NCBI GenBank assembly: GCA_964187785.1
Contig: OZ076409.1
Span: 97,776,001 to 97,840,000 of the forward strand
Reading direction: 5' to 3'
From: Amphiscolops sp. MND2022
Taxonomy: Eukaryota
DNA: 64,000 nt
In this document: positions 37,501 to 49,840 of the stretch, piece after piece
How positions within the stretch are numbered: the first letter of the stretch is position 1
Layout: each line of letters begins with the position of its first letter
Position numbers and translations under genes: made by a program
Notes under the pieces: generated by a model
What the model was told of the DNA's origin: nothing
The model's database searches: none
What the model saw: only the letters and a program-made list of their open reading frames with translations

Positions 37501-40500
37501 TGAACCATATCGCAGGCAAGCATCTAGCACTCACGGATTACTTGAGCAGAAATCCGTCAGCGCCGCCGCAAACGGATGACGTATTTGACGAAGAATACGT
37601 AATTAACAACATCTTGCCGCACTACAAATTCATCTCCAAATATGGTTGCCTTAGCAACCACACTAACCAATCAGAGAACGGAACGACGGATAGCGAACGC
37701 AAAACAAACAACGAACCGCGGTCACGAGAAACGCGTGAACAAAACGCCATTGATTGCCTTAACAACTTACCGTCCACACGTGAAATTCATCACTTACAAA
37801 ACTCATCAAATTCAAAAACAACAATTCAAAAACAACAATTGATAATCTCGAAGCAGTAGACTCATCACCCGAAACCACTGAATTAATCCAACGGTGGAGG
37901 AACATAGTAAAGCCCGGCATTTACCGTTTAACCGGGGGGAAGTGGAAAAAATACCACGAACCAAAATTCCTCAGAAATGAGAGAAAAGTAATCGAGGAGC
38001 GACTACAACAAAAAATGAAAGAACAACATCGGGGAGACCTGAGACAAACAATTGGCCCGCAACAAAGTAGCGGCTTCCAGCCACAAACCAGACGGTCGGA
38101 ACAATGGACAGTAGATCCATTTTGGGAGATGGACCGACCAACACCGGTCCAACAACAACAACACGACCAGAGCCAATACGACAAGCCCGGACCATCATCG
38201 GCAACAGCAAACACGGAACACCAATTCGCCCAAATACCCATGGAAGAAGGCGAAATTGAGTCCGAGACGGACCAAGACCCGTCCATCTTAGAAGTACCAG
38301 CATGGAATTGGGCACGTTACGTAGGAGTGAAAAGCGTGCAATACGTGAAAATGGGGCACGCCCCCAAAGTAGCTGCACTGGACGAAAACACCTGGGACCT
38401 AGAACAAGCCGTGCGAGAGACCGAAAAGAATTTCTCAACGGATTTACAATTATTGATGACCGAGACCACCAATGATCCCACACTACTGAAGACACTTGTT
38501 AGCTTGGAACGACAGCAGCATGAGTTGATTCCCGAAGAATACCAAATGCACAAAAGAAAGCTATCAAGCCGATTCGGTCTGGTTTTCATCGAAGACAAAA
38601 TTATTGTCCCCAAAAACCTAAGAGCGACCATCATCAGCCTCCTGCACAAAGGCCACCCAGCCAACAACAAAATGTCCCTTGCAGCACGACATTTCTGATG
38701 GAACGGATGACCGAGGCAATTCAAAAGAAATGTGAAACATGTCTACCCTGCAAAATGTCCGGTAAGAACATAAAACCTAACATACCTAGCACGGAAATAA
38801 ATAGTCTTCCACCATTGGATAATCCAAACGAAGAAATTCAACTGGATTTCATCGGTCCAATGACGGAAAACAACCGTCGATTTTATATCCTATTGTCCAT
38901 GGACCGGTACAGTAAATGGCCAGCGGCCAGTTTTTGCACTTCAACGGACGGTGAAACGGCAGTAAAATTTCTCGACCAATACATTCGGCTAAACGGCATA
39001 CCGAAAACAATTAGAACCGATAAGGCCACCGCGTTTACGGGACGACTCTTCAGAGACTTCTGCAAGAAACACTATATAAAACTAATATACGGGACACCGT
39101 ATATACACACACCTACCGGCCTGGTAGAGCGTGGAGTAAGAACACTGAAAGAAAACCTACTAACAAACACTAAAGCCGGAGAACGTTTCGGAAAAGCCCT
39201 AGATATATCCCTAGACGTAATGAGAAAAACGCCTCACACCCGACTGAAAAAATCCGCTTTCGAACTACACTACGGTAGGAAACCGAACACGGAAATAAGT
39301 AAATTACTAAACCTGGATGAAATCGAAAAGCTAACAAAACGTTCCGTTTCAGCTAAACCAGATACCTTACAGGTTTACTCTTTCAGTGGAGCTGGCGGTG
39401 TGTCTGACCAGCTACCCATGAAGCCGAAGAAAAACTCAAAAGGAGTAAGTTGTCCTTTCTTTTTTCTAGAGAAAAAACACCAACGAAATAAACTAGAAAG
39501 TGCATATTCCGATAAACCACAGCTAGCAATATCGGGCACAAATCATACAGTAACCACCCCAAACGAAAGGGTAATACATCAAAAAATGATAAGTAAACCT
39601 ATTGATTTTAACCAGGAAAACACCAACAGAGGAATTGGACCACGCGGACCGGACGGCCAATTTGTCAAATCACCATCCAAACATCAGCGGGCAATGATAA
39701 TCGACTCGGACACCGAATCGGAAACACCACCAATGGAAATAGACTGCCCAAAGACACCAGAGCTCTCCATAGATACAACCATCAAGAAGAGCACACTCGG
39801 ACGAGGACGCCCAAAACTAATCAGAGACCGTGCCAGTCCAAATACAGCCAACACACCCACGCCGGGAAACAACATAGGCCCGCTGACAATCACAACGTCA
39901 AACATGACGGACACGGAAATAGACCGTGCCATAGAAGACGCTAATAGCGCAGAGCAAGAAATTTTCATCCGAGACGAAAACAGTGAGGTACTTACTGATA
40001 ATAGCACAAAATTGTCAGCAGAGAACCTGGAAAACTCTGAATTAGAACTAGCAAGCAATCTGAGCTCAAGCACCGAAATTGAAACCGAAGAAAAAGAACC
40101 TGTACGCAGATCGAAAAGACTGACAAAAACTAACCCTATTATTAGGTATAATAACCCAATTTGTCATGATTACAGGAAACACCGTAAACAGACTGAATTC
40201 GGAAGCCACACCGGATCAACAAAAAGCCAAACCGAAGGAGGGGAACAACAACCAGTAAACCGGCCACAAAACAAAATCTTGACGTTACGGCCAAACAACA
40301 ACCGTGAAAACAAAACAGCCAGGAACGGTCAACCGTCCACCACAAACAGGACCAGTGGAGGAACAACAATCGCCACATCAGAAAGCAGGAATCCCCATTG
40401 GCAGAGATATCAGCCAATAGTAGAAGAAGGGGGAATGTAGAGGACAGACGAACACAAACTTTAGAAACTAATTAGTCTGCTTTCTTTATGTTATTTATAT

Positions 40501-40627
40501 TAAATACCAGTCCTGCCACTTAAGCACAGATGTATGTCTATACTCAGTGATACAAAAGACATCAGTGAAAACAAGTTAATTCTTAGATCTCTTACATTCT
40601 TTAACTAGCTAGAATAGAGATACAACA
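34534..40627 (+). mobile_element. Full-length Ty3/Gypsy (Mag-like) LTR retrotransposon with disrupted ORFs
   Basis: LTRs 34534-34729 and 40436-40627 (TGTAG..CAACA); TSD CTACT on both sides; PBS TGGCGCAGTC (tRNA-Ser-like); PPT AGAAGAAGGGGGAA. Confidence 0.95.
34770..40440 (+). pseudogene. gag-pol: Gag with paired zinc knuckles, protease, RT, RNase H, integrase
   Basis: Knuckles CNKCG../CAKCEKIGHYAKCC; IIDSGSP; FDLNYAY..FYGL..WLDD; TTDAST..ELELL..LTDH; H..H/C..C; QLDFIGP, RTDKAT-35-E. Frameshifts at ~35590 and ~36265; stops at 37857 and 38696. Confidence 0.92.
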
Positions 40628-40643
40628 CTACTAGTCAGAGGAG

Positions 40644-41172
40644 CAAGCCGAGAACGGCCAAAGTCGGCGCCATATCTAAGGCTCAAAATTTAAAAAGAGG
40701 ACCCTTCGGGCTTTGTGAAACTCCAGCTGGTTGCAAAAAATTTAAACAAATTGAAGGGGGGACCCTTTAGAGACATGAAAAAATTTCCAAAAAATTTTCA
40801 AATGAGATTTTTGAACAGTGTCACAGTGCCGAAAAATGTAAAAAGGACCCTTTGCGATTTTTTGACATCCATTGCGTTGCAAAATATCGAAACAAATGAA
40901 GGGGGGACCCTCTGGTGCAATCCAAAAAACTTCAAAAAATGTCGCATAGTGTCGAAAAAAAGTGGGGCTAAGGTGGGATCTTTAGTGTGTTTTCGAGGTT
41001 GTGGACGTCTGTTTTGTTTTTTCTTTTCGTTTTGGACGCGCTTCTGAGGTTGGAGTTGTTGAGGTTTGAGGTTGTTGAACAAATGAACAAAAAAGTGGAC
41101 CTTTCGTGTCTAAAAAAAACTACCCACTGTAATAGTTGGGCACATTTTCTACTAAAATGCGCCGACTAAAAA
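40644..41172. mobile_element. DINE-1/Helentron-like copy, closely similar to 47286-47856
   Basis: Shared termini and near-identical internal sequence. Confidence 0.7.
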
Positions 41173-42099
41173 CATCCTTCAATCATCTTTGCAACCTTGT
41201 AATTTTTTGTAACTTCTATTTCAACACTTTTTCAGAAAATTTTTCCTCGAAAAATGAACAATCAAAACCTGTTGTAAATGCGTCTGAACAACATTTGTAC
41301 GGAATAAAAATCATTTCGCGGTGTAAAGTACTTTAAAAGGCATTTTCAGAAAAAGTTAACAAGACGGGAACGTCTATAGTCGGCTCTATATCTAAGGCTC
41401 AAATAGCGCATATTTGAATTATGCACAGGACGTTTTCATGAAAAGCTCCTGTTTTCGGACCTCCGCCTCCTTTATCGAAGGGGGACTTCAATAAAATCTT
41501 GAATAGAATCAATAAAAAAATTTTCGAAAAAAAGTCTCATAGCGACGAAAAAATGAAAGGGGGATCCTTTAGTCTCGTCCGGTTTTGTATGTTACTGTTA
41601 AAAAGTAAAAAAAAACCAAAGGGGACCTTTCCTTTCCAATAGCTTGATGCGGTTCCCAGGTATTCGTTAAGTTGAACAAATTGAACAAAAATTTCGTCAC
41701 TCGAAGAAAAAAACGAGTGACTGTAGTAGTCGGGCTCTTTTATTATATAAAAGCGCCGACTAAACATAGGAATCGATGGCACAAAGTTTCCCCGAGGCCG
41801 TTTTTGTGGCAGCGGTTTTCAAGATAATGCGAATTCGGAAAATTCCAACGTCAAAAACAAACTAAGTGCCATAACAGTCGTAAGTTTCGTTTGATTTATT
41901 TTATTGTATTCTTTTGTATTTGGCGTTTTTTGCTTGGGTGTTTTTTCCGGGTACCAACTGTGTTTACTTCGTTTTAAAATGGCGATAATTCTGACAATAG
42001 GTTAAATACAGCAGAGAATTATGGCATGAAACTTTCTGTGCGAGTTTCAGATCATGGTTCGTAATTGAAGCGGTTTGAACTAGAACAATTAGAACCTAC

Positions 42100-42190
42100 T
42101 ACGGTTGGGTTTAGGTCTGCAATCGTTCATGAGGTTGGTGTAATTGGTCGTCAAGTAGCACTCGTCGAAATCACAGCGATCCTCTATCAG
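42100..42190 (-). CDS. Probable SLC4 exon (start of the Cys-containing, glycosylated extracellular loop 3)
   Basis: ttctacag|LIEDRCDFDECYLTTNYTNLMNDCRPKPNR|gtaggt. The phase-0 acceptor fits the upstream exon; the donor phase versus the next exon is unresolved. Confidence 0.6.
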
Positions 42191-42240
42191 CTGTAGAAAC
42201 ATGTAATGAATTGGTAATTAAAACTTGTGATCTGCACAAC

Positions 42241-42714
42241 CAGGGGCGGAAATGAAACACGGAGTGAAATCGCGTGAAATTCCATGTAATTCGACTAACC
42301 AAATCACGCCGTGATCTAGCATGAAATTACAGATCAATAAGTAAAATAGCGTGTAAAATAACACAATTACCGCCATCGTATACCCCTTTTATCGTTAATA
42401 CATACTAATTTAATCACTTAACTGATTTATTTCTTCCCTCGTCTTCTGCGTCGGAAGAGCGAACATTCTCGTATTTCAATAAATTGCTGAGCGAAGAAAG
42501 GGAAAATATGGATGAAACTACCATAAAACACCTTTTGTTTCTTTATGTCAATGCAAAATTTATTAAATAAATATGTGTTAATTGATACTTTTTTGGGTGA
42601 AAAAGCGTGTCTTTTATACATTTTCCGTAATTTTTCCGTGTAATTTGTTTGAATCTAACGTGAAATTTTCCGTGATTTTTCAGTTGTCAAGTCCGTGTAA
42701 TATTACCACCCCTG
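42241..42714. mobile_element. hAT-type MITE
   Basis: TIRs CAGGGGCGG..ACACGG / CCGTGT..CCACCCCTG; flanks TCTGCACAAC / TCTGCAAC resemble a degraded TSD. Confidence 0.55.
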
Positions 42715-45514
42715 TCTGCAACTACCAGAAATTTGTTTTTACGCCTTCTGGAAACGCTTATGTATGTGTTTCAAAACCTCCAAACCCCTGCCAAATCCCT
42801 AATTGACTAACTGTTCAAAATGTTCGTTTCAATATATGGGCGCTCAGTACAACCTTTCCGAGGTGTCACGAGTGCAAAGGAGCCAATTAGGACTTCAGAT
42901 TTTCAGCTATCTATAGTAGTGGAAATGATCGTGAGACACTTACAGCTACTAAGTGCAGGTATGAAAATTTGAAGCTGGGTTTTCTCAAAAAATGAAACAT
43001 TCTAATTTTGTTGGAACGAATATGCAGCTTTTTTGACGGTTTTTCAGTCCAATATGGAATTTTTGGACAGAAAAGAGCGTTTATCGAGCCTTATCGGTCT
43101 TTATTGGGGATTTTTTGGCATGGTACGACTGTTTTAGGACTTGTTTCGCTCCACAAAACCCTCCAATGTGGGAGTTTGCATCTCACTAGTGTTTAATCCT
43201 TTCAAATTGTGGAGGATCCTTTCAAATTGAATCATAAGATTACTTCGAAACAAGACGGAAACGTCTCAATTCGGCACTACACCTAAGGATTAAAAAGCGC
43301 AATGTTGTTAAAATATGCTCAGGACGTTTTTTAACGAAAAACTTACATTAACGTAAGGAAAAACTGTCGTGCTCGGAAAACGCTTCAAAAGTTGGGATAT
43401 AGCGTGCTGGGACAAATGGGAACGCATGTTTTTGAACCTCCGCGTCTTCCTTAGTGAAACGCAATATAGTTCGGATAAAAGGTCAAAAATTCGGATACTT
43501 AAAAAGCGCGCTTTATTTAGGATATTATATCAAACATTTGGACAGTATCGAAAAAAAAATTGGTGGATATATATATATCAAGAAAACCTAATATCAGACG
43601 AAAAATGAAAACTTTGAACAGTCTCAGTGCCAAAAAACCTAAAAGGGGTAACCCTTTGGGATTTTTACACATCCATTTTGTTGCAAAATATCAAGAACAT
43701 TGAAGGGACGCTTTTGGAGACATTAAAAAGTTTTTTTGGGGAAAAAGTCTCACAAAGCCAAAAAGGGGTGAGGAAGTCTCAGAGCCAAAAAAAATTGGAA
43801 AGGGGGACCTTCTGTTTTGGAATAGTTTTGTCTCATGTTAAAGGCTTTGGATGCCTTCATAATCAAGTACTAAATAATTATGGTGAAAATGGACATAGTC
43901 CACAACAATGGACCATTTAGAGTAAGGCTGATAAAAAAACTAGTTACTGTAACAGTCCGGCTCTTTTCTTCTGGAAAAGTCCCAACTGAAAATGTCTACT
44001 TCAAAAAAATTCTTTGCTCAAGCATATTTTTTCTTCGCATCCGAAATTCACTGTATCTTCACTGAATTCGCATCTAGTCAGTTTGTAGCTTCTCCAATTG
44101 AACTATAATAATACCGCTTTTTGATAAAGCGCATATAATAATAAGCCGGAAAAAATCTAGGTCGGGGTTCAAATTGAGTAAAAACAAGACGGGAACATCT
44201 AAAGTCGGTGCCATATTTAAGGCTCAAAAAGCGCAGTTTTAAAATACGCCTAGAACGTTTTCAAGAACCTCCGCGTCCTCCTTGCGAAAACATAATCAAG
44301 TTCGGATATAATGTCAAAAGTTCGGATATAGCGCTCAATTCCGGATATTACGAGAGGGACTTCGATAAAATCGAAGGGAAGACCCTTTGGAGACAAACAA
44401 TCGAAAAAAAGTTGCACTGCGCCAAGCAAAATCGAAGGGGGACCCTTTGCAATAACTTAGATGCGTTTCCCAGTTATACATACGTCTATTGAACAAACTG
44501 AACAGAAATTTCGTCGCATTCGAGTCTGTCTTAAAAAAACAAGACGGGAATGTCTAAAGTCGGCGCTATATCCAAGGCTCGAAAAGCGCAAATTTGAAAT
44601 ATTTTTCATGAAAAAGCTCCTAAAATCGAAGGGGGATCCTTTGAAGACAAAAAATTTTGAAAAAACGTCTCACAGCGCCGAACAAATATTGGAAACGGTG
44701 ACCCTTTAGTCTCATCCGGTTTTGTATGTTACGTTTAAAAAGTAAAAACTGAAAGGGGGACCCTTTGCGATAACTTAGATGCGTTTCCCACGTATTCGTT
44801 TAGTTGAACAAACTGAACAAAAATTTCGCCGCTTCGAGTCTGTTTTATAAAAAGAAAAACGAGTGACTGTACTAGTCGGGGTTATTTATTTATAAAAGCG
44901 CCGACGAAAAAGAGAAACTATGCTCTGAGACACTTTTGTGAACATTTTTATGAAATTTACAGTGCCAACCAATACCCGATTGTGTTCGGGGTACCCTTTG
45001 ATCAACCGAAAATTTGTCAAAAATGTGCCGCGAAAAAATCAGAACAAATCGAAACTTTCTGACACAATTTTCTGTTTTTTTTAGACCTTTTCTGTTAGGG
45101 AAAACCGTTTTCCGAGTCTTAAGGGAGTTCACTTTATTTATTTTTCAGCCCTTTGGGACTGATAAGAGTTTTCTCAATAATTGAGGAGAAGACAATTTAT
45201 TTCAGCACTGAGTGACTTTTTCTCGAGAAAAGTTTTGGTCGCTCAAATGTACCCGCTTCACTTTTCAAGAAATTGTCGGCTGCAATTTTCATAAATTTTT
45301 TCTAAGAGCCAATTTTTTGATGTTCCGAGTTAAAGAAAAAACGGATTTTGAGTCTTAAGATTATCCATCCCTTCGGATATTTTTCGGCACTGTAAAATTC
45401 ACGAAAAGGTTCTCTCTTTGCGACGAAAGGAATATATGTCTCTTTGCTCTTTTCGAACCTTGGGCGGGGCCCGGCTTGGGCCGTTTCCGGCTTGTTTGGA
45501 ATTAAAACTTGCGC

Positions 45515-45690
45515 ATTTTCAATGACAACAGTCGGCTTTAATATTGTTCGGCAAACTTAACGGCCACATTTTGAACAACACAATTTCAATGACGACAGTC
45601 GGCTTTAATATTGTTCGGCAAACTTAACGGCCACATTTTGAAGACCACATTTTCAATGACAACAGTCGGCTTCAATATTGCTCGGCCAAG
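45515..45690. repeat. ~67-bp tandem repeat, about 2.6 copies
   Basis: CAATGAC(A/G)ACAGTCGGCTT(T/C)AATATTG at 45520, 45587 and 45654. Confidence 0.85.
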
Positions 45691-45711
45691 TTAGCGGCGG
45701 CCGCAGCTAAC

Positions 45712-45912
45712 CTCGAGCAGCCATTTGAAGGTCTCATACACGAAGATGGAGGCGACGAGGAGGGCGAATATCTCTTCCATGAAGCGGGTGAAGTACTTGA
45801 TGAGGAAGGAGAGGTCGAGCATGGCGATGAGGAAGCACATGGAACAGGTCCAGATGGCAGTCCACAGTCTCAGCTGCAGGTAGCTCTGCTTCTCCGAGGG
45901 CCACACAGCCAT
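45712..45912 (-). CDS. SLC4-family transporter exon (TM4-TM5)
   Basis: ttgcag|MAVWPSEKQSYLQLRLWTAIW...LIKYFTRFMEEIFALLVASIFVYETFKWLLE|gttagc. Hallmark 'Y.TRF.EE.F..L...IF.YE' motif. Confidence 0.95.
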
Positions 45913-47011
45913 CTGCAACAACAACAAGCCGGGACCACCGGCCCAAGTCGACGCCATATCCAAGGCTTAACAAGACGGGAACGTCTAAAGTCGGCGCTAT
46001 ATCTAAGGCTCAAAAAGCGCAGTTTTTAAACCTGAAAAGGGGGACCCTTCGGGCTTTTTGAAATTCCAGTTTGTTGCAAAAATGTCAAATAAGTTGAAGG
46101 GGGGACCCTTTGGAGACAAAAAAAATCGAAATTTAAAAAAAATCTATTTTTTTTAAATTTTCGGAAAAAAACGAAAAATGAGAAATTTGAACAGTCTCAT
46201 TGTGCCGAAATACATGAAAGGGGAGACGCTTTGGGCTTTTTGGCACTTTAGTTTGCTGCAAAATATCAAAAAAAAACTTGAAGGTTGGACTCTTTGAAGG
46301 CAAAAAAAAATCGGAAAAAGTTGCACAGTGCCGAAAAAAGTGAAAGAGGGGACCCTTCAGTCTCGTCGGCTTTCGCAAATGCTCGAAAAAGTTTCTGGCT
46401 AAAGCAAGGACTCGAACCTGTGACCGCTGGGTTCACCGTAGACCGAGTGAAGTCTGTACTAAAAAGGTACGTACTAAAAAGTCTGTACGTACACGATGAG
46501 TTTTGTGGTCTGACGAAAAAAAAGAAAACTAGCCACTGTAAGAGTCGGGCTCTTTTCATTAGAAAAGCGCTGACTACAAATAGCAAAAGGACTTCAAAGT
46601 GTCAAAGTATTGGTGAATGTTTGGTATTGGTGAAAGAGTAAGGGACCCTTTGATGAATGTTTTTTGACAAAGTCTCACAATGCCGAAAAAGCTGAAAGGA
46701 GTGACCCTTTGGGGATTTTTTTTCGAAAAAAATGTCCCACAAGGCCAAAAAAAGTGAAAGGGGGCACTTTAGTCTCACCCCGGTATTGTATGTTACGCAG
46801 AAAAAAAGGGAAACGCTTTTTGGTTCAGTTCCCTGGGCCAACAGGTACAATTTCAAATTTTGTAGCACTTTTGGTAGAACTATTTTGGTCACTTGAGGTG
46901 TATCGAAAAAAGAACAGTGACGAAAAGCCATGACTATAGTCGACTCTTTTCTCAAGTGGCACAGTGCCGAAAGTGGAAGAGGAGGAGGAGGAGGAGGGGG
47001 GATGTACTTAC

Positions 47012-47166
47012 GGAAAACATGTAGAGTACTTTCTCGAAGAGGGTGACGGGGGCGGTTGTTCCCACGATTAGGAGGGGCTGACCCCCCAGAAGGGCGAACA
47101 CAGTCATGCTGACCCCCGCGCCCAGAAGGGTCATGTCCACCCTCAGGTTCTCGTCCGTCTCCTCAA
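47012..47166 (-). CDS. SLC4-family transporter exon (TM2-TM3)
   Basis: ctgtag|..EETDENLRVDMTLLGAGVSMTVFALLGGQPLLIVGTTAPVTLFEKVLYMFS|gtaagt. 'FAL.GGQPL.I.G.T.P...FE' motif. Confidence 0.95.
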
Positions 47167-48009
47167 CTACAGAAAAGGCAGTCTCGCAATGCCGAAAAAC
47201 AACTTTACAGAGATACAAAAACCCACAACTCTTAGGTCGTTCAATTTAGTGGGGGACTAAGATCTAAAGAATAAGGTCTAAAGTGAACAAGCCGGGACCG
47301 GCCCAAGTCGGCGCCATATTTAAGGCTCAAAATTGAAAAGGGGGACCCTTCGGGCTTTGTGAAACTCCAGCTGGTTGCAAAAAATGAAAAAAGAATTGAA
47401 GGGGGGACCCTTTGGGGACATGAAAAAATTTTCAAAAAAAAATTTTAAAATGAGATTTTTGAACAGTGTCTCAGTGCCGAAAAATGTAAAAGGGGGACCC
47501 TTTGCGATTTTTTGACATCCATTGTGTTGCAAAATATCGAAACAAATGAAGGGAGGACCCTTTGGTGCAATCCAAAAAGTTTCAAAATGTCTTATAGTGC
47601 CGAAAAAAAGTGGGGCTATGGGGGGATCCTTAGTGTGTTTTCGAGGTTCTGGACGTCTGTTTTGTTTTTTTTTCTTTTCGTTTTGGACGCGCTTCTGAGG
47701 TTGGAGTTGTTGAGGTTTGAAGTTGTTGAGGTTTGAAGTTGTTGAGGTTTGACGTTGTTGAACAAATGAACAAAAAAGTGGACCTTTCGTGTGTAAAAAA
47801 AACTACCCACTGTAAGAGTCAGGCACATTTTCTACTAAAATGCGCCGACTAAAAAAAGGAATAAGATCTAAAATTTCTAGACGGCAATTCAATCTCTGAC
47901 TAGTGGAGTAATTAGCACTGAAAATATCATTCAAATGTTGATATCAGGAGGAATCGTGTTCAACAAAAATGTTCCTAAAATGGAAGTGACATTTTAGATG
48001 GTTACGTAC

Positions 48010-48125
48010 ACAAAGAAGCGCCCAGTGTGATTTCGGGTACGAGCATCGTGAGGAATAGAAACACGACAGCTGCAAGGCACGAACAGTTGAAGCCATCTCT
48101 GACGTCACGTCCGAAACATCGGTAC
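48010..48125 (-). CDS. SLC4-family transporter exon (TM1)
   Basis: ttccag|(R)YRCFGRDVRDGFNCSCLAAVVFLFLTMLVPEITLGASL|gtacgt; 116 bp, phases 2/1. Confidence 0.9.
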
Positions 48126-49095
48126 CTGGAAACAGTTGAAACTTGCAACAAGCCCACTCTGTATTATATAAACAGTGCAGTTTTCTTCAACTTTTTGTAA
48201 TTGCATACTAAAAGGACTTTTATAAATCTATAGAAGTTAGTTATTGCCTGGAGTCTAATGCTTTGAGAAGAAGAGACAATCGATGAAAAACTGTATTTCA
48301 ACGAGACCATATGGTAAAAAGAGACTCAGCTAAGTTAAAGCTTTATGAGTTGTTTGTTTGTCAAATATTTTTTATGTTTACTGATGCTAAACTAAGATTT
48401 TGTTTCAAGAGCTTTGTGATCTACCACAATCGAAAAATTCATTAAATATTGGGCGATGTATGAATTTATTGGTTGCATTAAAATGAATTTTTAAGGAAAG
48501 GAACGAAAACCTATTAGAGAAAAAAACGTAAAGTGTGTCTAAAAAATGGACATCAACCTTATCCAAGCGCTATTCTACTTTCTGCTGTACGCGAATTGAA
48601 TCCAAAGGGTAAAAAAGAGCTACAATGAAAACGCTTGTCATCTGTAGGTTTCAAACTCAAATCTTTAGGCTAATTTTGAGCTCTTCGTAATCTACGTCCA
48701 ACATTTGTTTAGGAACATTACAATTGTGGGTACTTAAAAGTAGTCCGGTTCTTGATGACATCTTTTTCCAGCACACAAAAAATTTCACCTTCATCAAGTA
48801 AAAAGAGACGAGTCTCCTTTTTCAACATCTCGAAAAAACTTCCGGAGAGTTCCTTTCATATCAATTGCAATACAGATAACATGTAGTTCCGTCCAAGTGT
48901 ACTGTAAAACTATTATACCTAATCTTGCAAAAAATACACGCAAGATTTTCTTTGGATTTTATCTGAGATTCCACAATTAGCAAAAAAGTTTTAAAGCCAC
49001 AACAGGCAATCAATGGACAGGAATCTGCCAATTTGATTGAAATTTAGCGCGCAATCAATGTATTTTTTGACTCAACATGATCAGAGAAAATACAT

Positions 49096-49840
49096 GTTGA
49101 GCACTTCCTGCGAATCTGTACAGATCAGTACAGATCCTGACAAATATTGTAGGATTTGCCGAAAATTAGGTAGTCACAAATACGGCTTTGAAATTGGAAT
49201 CAGTTGATTAAAAAGTGTTTTACATTTAAACACGACTCTTAATTGGAAGTTTAATAAAGTTTCTGTGCGAATCTGTCCGACTCCTAAAAAAAACGAAAAT
49301 TACTATAACGTATTCCAAGTTTCAGCAATTACTGAAACTACTCCGTCAAACCATGTTCCCGGAACATTACAACAACAGCCGTTTATCAGCAACTCTATCA
49401 ACCCAGACGATGGCCACATGTCTAATTCCATCCGCCAAGTCGGAATCAATATGGCAAACGAGCTCTCAGAGTTGAACAACCACCTCTGGAAAATTCAAGT
49501 GAGATGGATAAATTGGACTTGCAAAACCAATACCAAAAATTATTCAGAAACCAAAAATACCGTGATGGGGACAAACTTTCCTGCTCAAGAAATTTGAAAG
49601 ATGGAGAGTTTCAGATGACTGAGCCTTCTTTGGTCAGCAAAAATACTTGTTGAAGAAGCACAAAAATCCAATACATTGTTTCCCAGAAGATCCGGAAAAA
49701 AACTTCCTGAAAACTTGTACAGAAAATCTTTGAACATCTTGCAGACCTGCAGTTGTCCTTACGTAGCAGTGGCACGATATTTCAGATCCTCAAGGAAAAA
49801 AGGCTCACAGATCTGTTCAGATTCTCAAGGAAAGCTCAAC
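49096..49840. mobile_element. TIR-bounded non-autonomous element (MITE-like)
   Basis: GTTGAGCACTTCCTGCGAATCTGTACAGATC versus GATCTGTTCAGATTCTCAAGGAAAGCTCAAC (imperfect inverted). Confidence 0.55.

Larger units (their letters stand above)
43249..47856. mobile_element. Dense nested array of DINE-1/Helentron-like copies (starts near 43249, 44183, 44538, 45922, 45969, 47286) around two SLC4 exons
   Basis: Repeated AACAAG(A/C)CGGGA.C..CT..AAGTCGGCGC.ATAT.TAAGGCT starts and ..GCCGAC(T)AAAA ends. Confidence 0.7.

Noticed and set aside
35375..40417. Antisense ORFs over the Mag gag-pol and similar ones over 26107-28474
   Set aside because: Shadow frames of coding sequence with no independent evidence.
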